Assembly (NCBI GenBank): GCA_030390025.1
Contig: CM059432.1
Location: 106,828,001-106,892,000 of the forward strand
Length of the DNA stretch: 64,000 nucleotides
Direction of reading: 5' to 3'
Origin: Squalus acanthias
Taxonomy: Eukaryota
Within the stretch, counting starts at the first letter, position 1. Each line of letters begins with the position of its first letter. The position numbers were made by a program, and so were the translations under genes. The notes beneath the pieces were generated by a model, which was not told where the DNA came from, searched no databases, and worked only from the letters and a program-made list of their open reading frames with translations. Of this stretch, positions 10,261 through 23,900 are shown piece after piece.

Positions 10261-13200
10261 GATTAAGAAAAGGTGTCAAGTGCCTCATGTTAGCTCTTTG
10301 TGTTTCTCATTGGGGATAACTGGAGCTGGGGTGAGAAGTTACATTTGGTCAAGGACTAAGCTGACTGTCATTCCTTCAGTTGATTTATCCTTGGTTTCAG
10401 TTGAAGTCAGTTTCAAGGTTGACTCATCCTGCCATGGATGTTTCTCAGTTACTTAGTCTCGTGGAAAGTGTTTACATTGTTCAATGATACTGCATGATAA
10501 GTCATAACCTCTTCCCGGTAAACAGCAGAGTTTATTGCGAAATTATAATAAACTGGAAGATAATTCGTAAAGATTGGACAGCTTCACCCAGTGCTTTGCT
10601 GAAAATATGCATTGGATTATAGCTCACTGAAAATGCTGAGTTCCAGGTCAGAAAGAGAACAGAGTGCTATTTGGAATGCTCAATACTATACTCAAAAATA
10701 AACAAGATCCTTGCTCCATATCAACTCGAGGCCAAAAGTTGTTTGGTCCTCAAAATCTCCTGCAGCTCATCCTGTAAGATTTGCAACTTAAGATGTCCTT
10801 TTGTCTCTGACTCTGGTGCTGCCCAGCACGAGAACCAAAGTTGCTAAAGTGATTGATGAGCTTCAACAAACTATACTGCTGTGGGTGATGCCACAGCAGA
10901 ACAATAGCCAATATATTGATGCTCGCCAAAGTTGAATAAAAGGTGACATTTTCAGATGTACACTTCTACCCTTGTTCTTCAGATCGATAAGGGTGTCAAA
11001 TTTCTATCAGACGGGCTGGATATACTGTACCATGAGCACAGTGTCTTAAGAATTCTCATTTTTGTCTGTATTTGTTGATTTACTGACGCATTTATTTTGC
11101 TGTATGCTAATAAATGTTTGGAATAATAACTCTGTTTTTCAGAACTTAGGACAGGGGTCCCTGTGAGGGTGTCAGTGTCTGCATGGCGGGTTGGGGGGGT
11201 TTCCAGTTGGCATCGGTGCAGGATCTATAAATCATCAATTTAGGTATAAAGTTAACCATTTTTTAGATTACCGCAGTTGATTATTGGTGAAAGTTGTAAT
11301 TAGGTTCATTAGTATGTGTCTCTGCTAAGTATAAAATCCAGTACTCAGGGAAAGTACCCTGCATTAAGGAATCTACAGCAGTAACAGACACAAATGATGC
11401 GCATTTGCTGCAGTTTATAGGGATAGGAATATAAAATTATGAAAACTTATCGCCTTAACTAGAAATTAACCACTTGCCCTTTTTTGTTACAAATCTGATT
11501 TGGTTTGTGCTGGATGCAAGTCCTCTAAAAAGTACATGTGAACAAAAGAGAACCAATTCAAAACTAACCAGGAGTCCTTGCTTCAGTGAGAGAAGTTTTG
11601 GTAAAACGAGTTTCTCAAATGAAATCACAGGGTCTTCCATAAAGTGTCCCATGTCACTGAGAATACAGAAGAATGCAAGAATTACCGAAATGGTGCCATA
11701 GCTCAAGGGATGCACATTCAATTTCGGATAATTTTGCCTCCTTGAGAAACCTTGACGACACCAGAAAGGAAGGTAGCTCTTGATTTTAAAATCTGAGAGG
11801 AGAACACCAAATTAAGATTCCTCTGAATCTGGTAAGTACCTTTCAGTATGTATATTTTAAATGTGTATATATCTCATCTCATTCATTGTATTTCAATCAA
11901 AAGCCTGTAATGTAGTTTAACTTGATATGGATGTGAATATCATGTTGCGTATCAGTTTTAACACATTTGTAACATTGATGCTTTCCAATAAATTTGAAAA
12001 GAAAGTTGATTTCAATGCTTAAACAATATTAGATCCTTCGATAATATGGGTTAATAATTTGTACATTCATGTTTGCACAGATGATTATCTGCAGCCCAAG
12101 CTCTTCAGCTGATGAACCTATCTTGGTGTCTGAAGAGGAATCTGAGAACTCTGAGAAAGAGGGGATGGAATTTGGAAACTGTCCAGAAAGCTAATGTAGA
12201 AGGAACAGAATATCACTAAGATGAAACCTTGTACTTCCAAGTTCCCCTTGCTTTTCTGGCTATCCCGTGTATCTCAAAGTCTCTCCATTTCTTTGCCCAA
12301 TATGCATGCTTGTGAACTGCTTCCCTATATTATAGTGTGTATGATTTAGGGAATTTTTTCACTGCATGTGGAGGCAGAAGAGAGAGAGAGAGCAAAGGTC
12401 TTGCATAATGCTATCCCCATTGGGATTCCTTGAACATCACAAAAGGACCAGTAGTACATGTGAACGTACATCAGGCAGCTGGAAGAGAAGGTCTCGGGGA
12501 AACTGGGGAGGGGTGGGGAAAAAGGACCTCTCTTCAGGACGAGTATCTTTTAAGAGCCCCAAGTGCTTGCCAACACGTGTTGGTTCATGGTGTTTGCACC
12601 TGCTAATGTTGTTCTGCTTATCTGCCACTTCACTCTATAGCTCACTGTGCAGAGATTCTATTAAAAAAAACCTGCATAGTTAATGATCAAGTACTGGTTT
12701 TGGCACATAAATAAATTGAAAACTATACAGCAGGCCCAGCACACAGCTCAGAAGCATACAGCACTTCAAGATTGTTTTGTATCTTTTTTCTACCAAGTCC
12801 ACCTGCTACGTTTCCTCCTCTTACTAATATCTTTCTACTTGCTTGATGTCTCCTCAACCAATCAATACCCAAATAAAGGTAGACCCATGCCTTTGATCTC
12901 AGCCTGGAAATCTTCTACAAAAAGGCGAGGGGCATCCACCAAAAGCAGGAAGCCTTTCTCCCCTAAAGTGACTTATTCTCTGGGCCCTATCTCCTTCAGC
13001 CAGCTCTGTGCTATGATTGTCGTCTGAGTAACCAGTGCCATCCTCCTGAGAATGTAGGTCCTCTACCAGCGTCTCCTGGAAACGCTCTCCAAAGCAGCCT
13101 CTTCTCCCAATGGGAGGTGTCCGGCCCTCCTATCCATGACCGCCTGGATGCCTCGAACTCCAGGTTCCTGTCACAAGTTTCGAAGAGTGTATACGTAGTA

Positions 13201-13410
13201 AAAATGACAAACAGATTCCCTTCTGGGTAGGTAAATAATACATCTTATGTAAAGATGTATTCCAAGTTCCTGGGTTCGCATTCTAGCTCTTCCTGCATCA
13301 CCAACCATGTAATCTGCAGCCTTTCTATCTGTAATTCTTTTTGTGATCTGAAACAAATCATGTTCTGCTGCACCTCGAAGGTTGAAATTGTGACCATCCA
13401 CTCGCATCTT

Positions 13411-16400
13411 AGTCATAGAGTTATACAGCACAGAAAGAGGCCCTTCGGCCCATCGTGTCCGCGCCAGCCATCAAGCCCTATCCTAATCCCATTTTCCAGC
13501 ACTTGGTCCGTAGCCTTGTATGCTATGGCATTTCAAGTGCTCATCTAAATGCTTCTTGAATGTTGAGGGTTCCTGCCTCTACCACCCTTTCAGGCAGTGA
13601 GTTCCAGATTCCAACCACCCTCTGGGTGAAAAAGTTTTTCCTCAAATCCCCTCTAAACCTCCTGCCCCTTACCTTGAAACTATGCCCCCTGGTTATTGAC
13701 CCCTCTACTAAGGGGAAAAGTTCCTTTCTATCTACCCTATCTATGCCCCTCATAATTTTGTACACCTCAGTCAGGTCCCCCCCTCAGCCTTCTCTGCTCT
13801 AAGGAAAACAACCCCAGCCTGTCCAGTCTCTCTTCATAGCTGAAGCGCTCCAGCCCAGGTAACATCCTGGTGAATCTCCTCTGCACCCTCTCCAATGCAA
13901 TCACATCCTTCCTATAGTGTGGCGACCAGAACTGCACACAGTATTCCAGCTGTGGCCTAACTAGCGTTTTGTACAGCTCCATCATAACCTCCCTGCTCTT
14001 ATATTCTATGCCTCGGCTAATGAAGGCAAGTATCCCATATGCCTTCTTAACCACCTTATCTACCTGTCCTGCTGCCTTCAGGGATCTATGTACATGCACA
14101 CCAAGGTCCCTCTGATCGTCTGTCCTTCCTAGGGTTGTACCATTCATTGTGTATTCCCTTGCCTTGTTAGTCCTCCCAAAATGCATCACCTCACATTTTT
14201 CAGGGTTAAATTCCATTTGCCACTGTTCTGCCCATCTGACCAACCCGTCTGTTACATCCTGTAGCTTGAGGCTTCCCTCCTCGCTATTTACCACTCCACC
14301 AATTTTCATGTCATCTGTGAACTTACTGATCATACCTCCTACATTCATATCTAAATCATTAACGTACACTACAAACAGCAAAGGACCCAGCACCGATCCC
14401 TGCGGTACACCACTGGACACAGGCTTCCAGTCACAAAAACAACCTTCGACCATCATCCTCTGCCTCCTGCCACTAAGCCAATTTTGGATCCAATGTGCCA
14501 AATTGCCCTGGATCCCATGGGCTCTTACCTTCTTGACCAGTCTCCCATGTGGGACTTTGTCAAAAGCCTTACTGAAGTCCATGTAGACTACATCAACTGC
14601 ACTACCCTCATCCACACACCTAGTCACCCCCTTAAAAAATTCAATCAAATTGGTTAGACATGATCTCCCCCTGACAAAGCCATGCTGACTATCCTTGATT
14701 AATCCTTGCCTCTCCAAGTGGAGACTAATTCTGTCCCTCAGAATTTTTTCCAATAATTTCCCTACCACTGATGTTAGGCTCACTGGCCTGTAATTCCCTG
14801 GTTTATCCCTACTACCCTTCTTGAATAATGGTACTACATTAGCTGTCCTCCAGTCCTCTGGCACCTCCCCTGTGGCCAGAGAGGTTCTGAAAATTTGTGT
14901 CAGAGCCCCTGCAATCTCCTCCCTTGCCTCACACAGCAGCCTGGGATACATCTCGTCTGGGCCTGGGGATTTATCCACTTTTAAGACCGCTAAAACCGCT
15001 AGTACCTCCTCCCTCTCAATACTAATTTGTTCAAGTATATCACAATCCCCCTGCCTGATTTCTATGCCTACATTGTCCTTCTCCATAGTGAACGCAGATG
15101 CAAAATATTCATTTAAAACCTCACTCACATCTTCTGGCTCGACGCACAGATTGCCACTTTGGTCCCTAATGGGCCCTACTCTTTCCCTGGTTATCCTCTT
15201 GCCCTTAATATACTTATAAAACACCTTGGGATTTTCCTTTATTTTGCCTGCCAGTGTTTTTTCATGCCCCCCCTTCGCTCTCCTAATTTCTTTTTTAAGT
15301 ACCCCCCTGCACTTTCTATACTCCTCTAGGGCTTCCACTGTTTTTAGTCCTTTGTATCTGCCAAAAGCCTCCATTTTTTTCCTAATCCATTCTTGTATAT
15401 CCCTTGACATCCAGGGTTCCCTGGGCTTGTTGGTCTTGACCTTTACAGGAACATGTTGCCGTTGTACTCTCTCTATTTCCTTTCTGAAAGACTCCCACTG
15501 CTCTGATGTGGATTTTCCTACAAGTAGCTGATCCCAGTCCACTTTGGCCAGATCCTACCTTATCATATTAAAATTGGCCTTCCCCCAATTTAGAACCTTT
15601 ATTTCCGGTCCATCTTTGTCCTTTTCCATGACTACCTTAAATCTCACCGAATTATGGTCACTGTCACCAAAATGCTCTCCTACTAACACTTCTACCACTT
15701 GCACGGCTACATTCCCTAGAATTAGGTCCAGTACCGCCCCCTCTCTTGTAGGACTTTCTACATGCTGGCTCAAAAAGCTCTCCTGGATGCACTTTAAGAA
15801 TTCTGCACCCTCTAAGCCTTTCACACTCTGACTATCCCAGTTAATATTGGGGAAGTTGAAATCCCCTACTATTATTACCTTATTATTTCTGCACTTCTCT
15901 GGGATTTGCCTACATATCTGTTCCTCTATCTCCCCCTGACTGTTTGGGGGCCTATAGTACACTCCCAGCAAAGTGCTTGCCCCCTTTTTGTTTATAAGTT
16001 CTACCCATATGGCCTCATTAGAGGAACCTGCGAAGATATCATCCCTCCTTACAGCAGTAATTGACTTCTTGATTAATATTACCACACCCCCTCCTCTTTT
16101 ATACCCACCTCTGTCTCGCCTGAAGATTCTATACCCCAGAATATTGAGCTGCCAGTCCTGCCTCTCCATCAACCATGTCTCTGTGATAGCAATAATATCA
16201 TACTCCCATGGGTTCATCAACACCTTCAATTCATCTGCCTTACTCGCAAGACTCCTTGCATTAAAATAAATGCCATCCAGCCTTGCCATACTCCCTTGTG
16301 CCGTTACATATTTGCTCTGCCTTCCAGGCTGACTTGTTTTTTCCTCTGTATTTGGCTGTGCATCACCCCCTACTATAGCTCCACTCCGTATCCCATCCCC

Positions 16401-17746
16401 CTGCCAAGTTAGTTTAACCCCCCCCCCCACCCCCCCGCCAACAGTACTAGCAAACCTCCCCGCAAGGATGTTGGTCCCGTTCCGGTTCAGGTGCAACCCG
16501 TCCGACTTGTACAGGTCCCACCTTCCCCAGAAGCAGACCCAGTGATCCAGGAAACTAAAGTCCTCCCTCCTGCACCAACTCTTTAGCCACGCATTCATCT
16601 GCTCTATCCTCCTATTCCTATACTCACTAGCACGTGGCACAGGGAGTAATCCAGAGATTACAACCCATGAGGTCCTGCTTTTTAATCTGCTACCTAGCTC
16701 TCTCAATTCTTGTTGCAGGACCTCATCCCTCTTTCTACCCATGTCGTTGGTACCAATGTGAACCACGACCTCTGACTGTTCGCCCTCCCCCTTCAGAATG
16801 CCCTGCAGCCGTTCAGTGACATCCTTGACCCTGGCACTAGGGAGGCAACATACCATCCTGGAGTCACGTCTGCGGCCACAGAAACGTCTATCTGTTCCCC
16901 TTAACGATAGAATCCCCTATCACTATTGCTCTCCCACTCTTTTTCCTCCCCTCCTGTGCAGCTGAGCCACTCGTAGTGCCACGGACTTGGCTCTTGCTGC
17001 ATTCTCCTGAGAAATCATCTCCCCCAGCAGTATCCAAAACAGAAAATCTGTTGGAGAGGGAGATGGACCCAGGGGACTCCTGCACTACCTTCCTAGTTCT
17101 TTTACTCTGTCTGGCGGTCACCCATTCCCTGTCTGCCTGTGCACTCTTTACCTGCGGTGTGACCACCTCGTTAAACGTGCTATCCACGAAGATCTCAGCT
17201 TCGCGGATGCTCCACAGTGACTCCAGCCGCAGCTCCAGCTCCGAAACGCGGTTTTCGAGTAGCTGCAGCTGGAGACACTTCCTGCACATGTGTTCGCCCT
17301 GGACACCGAAAGTGTCCCTGGCTTCCCACATAGCACAGGAGGAGCACTCCACGCTGCCGAGCTGCCCTGCCATGTCCTACCCTTAATTTACTCCCTTTCC
17401 TTCCTTTAAATTAAAGAATATTAAATACACTAGGGACCTTACTTCCCTTTAAACACTACTTACTCTAATCTGGAGACCTTATTTTTACTTCAACGACTGG
17501 ACTGTAGAAATACTCACCAGGTCCTACTTACCAATCAGCTCTTTCCCTGGTTGTGAAGTCACTTTAGCGGTTTTGCAGTTATTGTTGTTTGACTGCTCCC
17601 GCTCTCGGACTCTTTCCCAACTCGCAGCACTCCAGTGTCGGGTCTCCTCTGCAGCGCTCTTTTTTGGCCGATCCGCCTTCTCTCAGGTCCCGCTGCAGCT
17701 CCCACACAGGTCCGCCTCCTCCGGTCTTCTCTGACCTCCTGAGTCA
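13411..17746 (-). mobile_element. Near-full-length CR1 LINE, family A (5' UTR, ORF1, ORF2, tail), inactivated
   Basis: ORF1 starts at 17373 with a CxxC..CxxC zinc finger, a coiled coil and SGNH-esterase blocks (VIGDS, GTND, DGLH). ORF2 has the APE endonuclease (YFNARS, ITETW, GDFN, SDH) and RT. Defects: frameshift near 16890, in-frame TAG at 15557-15555, FADD changed to FTDD, frameshifts near 13770 and 13560. AGTCA occurs at both ends. Confidence 0.95.
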
Positions 17747-18189
17747 CTGAGAAATGCCTGAAGATCCTACTTCTTTCTGCTCATTGTCCCTCCCCAGCCA
17801 GGTCAGTAACTTCAGTTATGAGGCCTATCACCAGGGTGTGGAGGGGGCGGGGTTGCGGCGCTCTTAACTCTTTAAGCTAATCTCCATTTTGATTTTCAAT
17901 ATTTTTGTTGTCAAATCATTACAAAAAAAAGGTAATTATATAAACCGGGAAGGGAGAGAAGGAAAGATTTTCACCACCACCCCTTGGAAACCATATAGGT
18001 CTGAGGAGAGAGTAGGAATCAGACTTTCCAGGTGCCCTTCGTCACGAATTATGATTCTCCCTCCACTTTATTTTAAGTAGAATAATTCTTATTATTGTGT
18101 TCCAAAGGTTCCTTTTCTCGTGCTTTCCTCTTAAAATCAGCTGGAGCCAAATCCATCTGCTCCTTATCCTCATCTAGTTTTTCTTTCTC

Positions 18190-19030
18190 ACTTGATGTCT
18201 CCTTGACTGTTCGATCCCCAAATAATTTTAAAATCATGCCTTTCCGCTCAGCCTGAGCAATTTCAACAGAAAGATGTCCTCAGCCTCTTGAGCGACTTCG
18301 CCCCTGAATGCCTCACCCTTCCTCCGCCAAAACTGGGTCACCATTCTTGCCTGAGTGTTCAATGTTACTGTTCTCTTGATTCCTCAGATCTTTAACCAGC
18401 ACTTTTGGGGAGCCATGCATTCATGGGCAGTTCCCACTCCCCTCTTCCCCCCAATATTATCAGCATGCTTTAGGCTGTCTAATGTAAGTATGCAACTGTG
18501 GAAGTCTCCAATCTGAATAATATTGGGAATGTGAATGAAACTGCCAGAGGCCAGATTCACTTTCAGGTGATCCTGAAATTTCTTCATCAGCCTTTACAAA
18601 GCCTAAAATAACTTAGCAATATTGTTATAGCTAGGCTTTAAAGTTAATGTGCTCCAAATACATCACAGCCAACACTGTCCTCGGGTTCCTCTGTGTTAAT
18701 GGAGCACAATTTATCTTCTTCAAACATGAATTCGTGATTAAGTCCAAAACTGGTTACAAAAAGTGAATAAGTATTAAAAATGACTTCAGACACTGGGTTC
18801 AAATGCTAACTCTTTCTGTATCACCAGCTGACTATACTGTAGCCTTCCCATTTATAATTCTTTCTGTAACTTGAAACGAACCATGTTCTGCTGTGCCTTG
18901 AAGGCTGACATTGGGAGTCTCTGCTCTCCCCACTTCAAAGACTGAGCCACAGAGAAGGGCCTTCTCTCTGTGTATAATCTCTTCCCCAGCTAGATCAGTC
19001 ACCCAAGTTACTAGGACCTGTCAATTGGAG
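18190..19030 (-). mobile_element. Decayed repeat unit, possibly a Tx1/L1-type ORF1 remnant; a second copy lies at about 12840-13410 plus 17750-17850
   Basis: The two units share recognisable blocks (cttgatgtctcc...ccaaataa...catgcctt...ctcagcctg; catgttctgctg...gaagg). The minus strand gives similar broken peptides, AFKAQQNMVRFKLQKEL and TFEVQQNMICFRSQKEL. The family call is from memory only. Confidence 0.4.
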
Positions 19031-20172
19031 GAAAGTCTCACTGCTACTACTCATCCAGCTGAACATACATAGGGCTGGTGGGGTCTCATTCCCCAAACTG
19101 AATCTTATGCTGTTGCTCCTCACCTAGCTGTTATCACAGCCCAAGTGAATTTCACGAGTTTACTTTTTTATATACTGATTAAAGCTTTACAAAATGCCTG
19201 AGCTTCTATTTACTCCTCCCACCTTATTCAGCTGCAGCTATACAATTATCATCTAGCAGCCAGTCTCTCGGTATCAGGTTCAACACTTAACAGCAGTTAT
19301 TAGTTTTTATTGGTCACTTTTGTTTCTCAGCTACCTATAAACTTACAAACTAACAATTAATGAGTACTTACCATTGAATTCCTGTTCAAAATCAGACTCC
19401 TCCTTTAAGTCAGTCTCTCTTTGATGCTTCTCACTCAGACTTATTAGAGTAAGCAACTGGAAACTTGCTTTATTCTTGGGTAAGTCGAGAGAGGCAGAAT
19501 ATGAGTATTTTCAGATAGACTGCTGATAAAAACTGATTGGGAAAAGTTGTACTCTGGGTTCAAAATCATGAATCATTGTGGTATGTTTCACTCCAACAAA
19601 CCAGTTGCCCTAACTATAATACATTCTGCATTTTATGCGCTAACGCTCCTATCTCTAATAATGTTTTCCATCAAAGGCCTGTGCCTTTGTGACAAGCCTG
19701 GGCCTGGAGTTCATACAGCTTCCCACACATCACTTTCAGCTGAAGAGACTCGACAGCGTTGCAGACTGCAACTCCCAGCATATACCAATGCTGACAATTT
19801 CTGTAAATTGTTCTGATTAACAGCAAGATTAGCTGTTTGCAGTGTGTCAGGATTTAATAAACACTGCTCTCTTCCAATGGAAAATTACTGGGAATTAATA
19901 CCACTCTCCTCAGGGAAATCATCAAAAGTAACAGGAATTTGTTTTGTAGCACATTCAAACAAGGTAAATGATGAATCTTCCACTTTTCTGAGGTAATTTT
20001 GAAAGCAAAACTGTGTATACTATATCAGCTGATATACAACAATAGTTGGCAAGTAGAGCTGAACACCGATGGAATAGTGGAACGACTGTGCCATCATTCA
20101 AGTTTGGTGGGAGTTTCTGAATAAAAGTTTTCAATTTAAATTATTTTATGTATTTATGGTTACCAAGCATTT

Positions 20173-20250
20173 GATGCTGTTTGACCTGTGTTTCCAGCAT
20201 TTTCAGTTTTTATTTCGGATTTCCAGCATCCGCAGTATTTTGCTTTTGTT
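20173..20250 (+). mobile_element. Penelope-like pLTR remnant
   Basis: tttccagcattttcagtttttatttcggatttccagcatccgcagtattttgcttttg matches 4620-4677 and 61770-61823. Confidence 0.7.
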
Positions 20251-20954
20251 TCATTATGTAATTTAGCTAAATTCTTGGTATTCATTATAAAAAGCCATTT
20301 TCCAAACAAATCAACAGTAAATTACTGCTCCCTCATATTACACAGTGATTTATTTTGTAATGTGTTGGGAAAATAAATTTATTTACGTTAGAAGGGTGCA
20401 CACAGGAGATGTACACACTTCCACATCCTCCACTTCTGACAGCATAATCTCTGACTCTTGAGCAATGGGAGATCTTCTTATATTTTTTAATCACTTTCTA
20501 GCTGTATCTTTTTCCCTCCGTGCATGTAACATTTCATCAATAATAAAATTTATTTTGAGTGTTGACAGTTGAGTCTCAATCCTTCCTCATTCATTGTCAT
20601 TGACTTCATTGTCTTTGTTTGTGGTTTTTACCCTTTCTAATTGGTTATTTTCTACTTTTGTAAGCCAGCAATTCTATCTTGTTCCCTGGTTCCAATTTTT
20701 CCCTAATCACAACAACAACCTCTATTCACTCCCTGACTATTCGCCATCCCCAATGCTCTCCACTCACTGATAAAATGTAATAGATTTTTTTTCTGCTCTC
20801 TTGAATTGCAGCTTTCAGGTGATAACTGAATCCTATGTAAACCTCACTCAATCCTATAGTTTAAAGCCATCTGACCTGGTGTATCTTTTCCCCTCGACCC
20901 CTGTTGCTGTGGGGTTATTGCATTTGTTCTCTTCAAGAGCAAAAGTAGTGACGA

Positions 20955-23900
20955 TCTCCATATCCCTTGATTCCCCTAGAGTCCAAAAATCTGTATCTCA
21001 GCCTTGAATATACTGAAAGACTCAGCATTCACAGCCTTCTGGAGCAGGGAATTCCAAAGATTCACAACCCTCTGAGTGAAGAAATTCTTCCTCATCTCAG
21101 TCTTAAATGGCCTACCCCTTATCCTGAGACTATGCCCCCTAGTTCTGGACACTCCAGCCAAGGGAAACAACCTCTCAGCATCTACCCTGTCAATCCCCTT
21201 CAGAATCTTGTATGTTTCAATGAGATCACCTCTCATTCTTCTAAACTCCAGAGAGTATAGGCCCACTCTACACAAGCTCTCATCATAGGACAGCCCTCTC
21301 ATCCCAGGAATCAATCTAGTGAACCTTCATTGCACTGCCTCCAAGCCAAGTATATCCTTCCTTAGATAAGGAGACCAATACTGTACACAGTACTCCAGGT
21401 GTGGTCTCACCAAAGCCCTGTACAATTGTAGCAAGACTTCCTTACTCTTATACTCCAAACCCCTTGCAATAAAGGCAAACATGCCATTTGCCTTCCTTAT
21501 TGCTTGCTGTACCTGCATGCTAGCTTTCTGTGTTTCTTGCACAAGGACACCCTAATCTCTCTGAACACCAACATTTGAAAGTTTCTCGGAATTTTAAAAT
21601 TTTTCTGTCTTTCTATTCTTCCTACCAAAGTGAATAACCTCACATTTCCCTACATTACACTCCATCTGCCACCTTACTGTCCACTCACTTAGTCTATCTA
21701 TATCCCTTTGCAGACTCTTTGGCTGGAATTTTGCCAGTCCTCAGAGTGTGGGATTGGAGGCGGGACCGCTGTCAAAATGGCAAAGATTGACAGCGGGCGG
21801 GGAACCCGCTGTCAACCCGCCTCCAATCAATCTTCCCAAGTGTCGGGTCCCCGATTTGCGCATGGACCCGACACCTAGCGGCGGGAAGTGGATTAAGGCC
21901 ACTTATCTGGTTGTTAACAGGTACTTGATACTTGTTAACAGGCTCTTTTTCAATTTTGCCGCTTCTGCCTCAGGTTCCCTGACGTCCGGACACCACGCCA
22001 GGTAAGTGTGGCGTGTTGTGAGTCTGCTGTAATGTTTCTGCATTGATGACAGCTGCAGAAGTGGTGTGAAGGATCCAATGGTGCACTGGTGAGTTTCAGA
22101 GGTAAGGAAATGTTGGGGAAATCATTTTTAATGCATTTACACTTTTCTGTAGGTAAGAAGTTTTGAATTGGATGTCTAGTCCCACCTCATTGGGAGAACC
22201 TCTCTCACCAGTGACATCGCTTCTGTAACCTCACCTGCAGCTGTCATCTGTTCTAGCCTAAGGAGGGAGTCACTGCAGAGCCTGGGTGCAAGAGCTCACC
22301 TGTGAACAGTCATTGTCGGTGTTTGCAGCACCTCAATGTTGTCAGTAGAAATGAGCTGTCAAAGAAAATTTGTGCGTGGCCCCTTTAAGAAAACTGGCAG
22401 ATGATGCGTCATCTGACCGGCTTCTTAATTGGCCGGCAAGCCCACAGGGCGGGCTTAACAAGGCCAATCAATGTAAAATCACGTCCGTTGGCCGGATGAA
22501 GTTGGGGGCGGGACTGGAACCCGGAAACCAGCTGACCCGCTCCCAAGCCGCATCCATTTGCCTTTGTGTTCTCCTCACAGCTTACTGTCCCACCTAGCTT
22601 TGTATCATCAGCAAACTTGGATACATTACACTCAGTCCCTTTATCTAGGTCACTAATGTAGATTGCAAATAGCTGAGGCCCCAACACTTATCCTTGCGGC
22701 ACCCCACTAGTTACAGCCTGCCAACCTGAAAAAGATCCGTTTATCCCTACTCTCTGTTTTCTGTCCGTTAACCAATCCTCTATCCATGCTACTATATTAT
22801 CCCCAACCCCATGAGCCCTAATCTTGTGTAATAACCTTTTTATGTGGCACCTTATCGAATGCCTTTTGGAAATCCAAATATACTACATCCACTGGTTCCC
22901 CTTTATCTACCCAGCTAGTTACATCCTGAAAAAACTCTAATAAATTTGTCAAACATGATTTCCCTTTCATAAAACCATGTTGACTCTGCCTAATCATGTA
23001 ATGATTTTCTAAGTGACTTGATACCACTTCCTTAACAATGGATTCCAGCATTTTCCCGACGACAGGCTAACTGGCCTGTAGTTCCCTGTTTTTTTTCTCT
23101 CCCTCCTTTCTTGAATAGCGGTGTTATATTTGCGACCTTCCAATCCGCTGGGACCATTCCAGAATCTAGGGAATTTTGGAAGACCAAAACCAATGCATCC
23201 ACTATCTCTTCAGCCACCTCATTTAGAACCCTAGGATGTAGGCCAGGGGATTTGTCGGCTTTTCGTCCCATTAGTTTCTCTAGTACTTTTTCTCTACTTA
23301 TATTAATTACGTTAAGTTCCTCACCCTCATTGGACCCTTGGTTCCCCACCATTTTTGGTATGCTTTTTGTGTCTTCTACAGTGAAGACAGATAAGAAAAT
23401 ATTTGTTTAACGGTTCTGCCATTTCCTTATTCCTCCTAATTTATTCCTAATTTCTCCTGTCTCAGCCTCTAAGGGACCAACGTTTACTTTTGCTACGCTT
23501 TTCCTTTTTACACACTTGTAGAAACTCTTACAGCCTGCTTTTATATTGCTAGTTTTCGCTCATTCTATTTTTTCCCCTTTTTTTTCAATTTTTTGGTCAA
23601 CCTTTGCTGGTTTCTGAAACTCCCAATCCTCAGGCTTACTATTATTCTTTGCAGCATTATAAGCTTCTTCTTTCAATCTAATGCTATCCTTAACTTCTTT
23701 AGTTAGCCATGGTTGGATCACTTTTCCCATGGAGTTTTTGTTTCTCAATGGAATGTATTTTTGTTGAGAATTATGAAATATTTCTTTAAATGCTAGCTAC
23801 TGCTTATCTACCGCCATACCTTTTAATCTATTTTTCGAATCTACCTTAGCCAACTCGCCCCTCATACCTATGTAATTGGCTTTATTTAAGTTTAAGACTC

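Noticed and set aside
15555..16856. 433-aa ORF that looks like a novel esterase-endonuclease fusion protein
   Set aside because: It is CR1 ORF1 (SGNH esterase) running into ORF2 (APE) across a G-run at about 16417-16437, where a length change probably removed the ORF1 stop. The esterase in CR1 ORF1 is already known.
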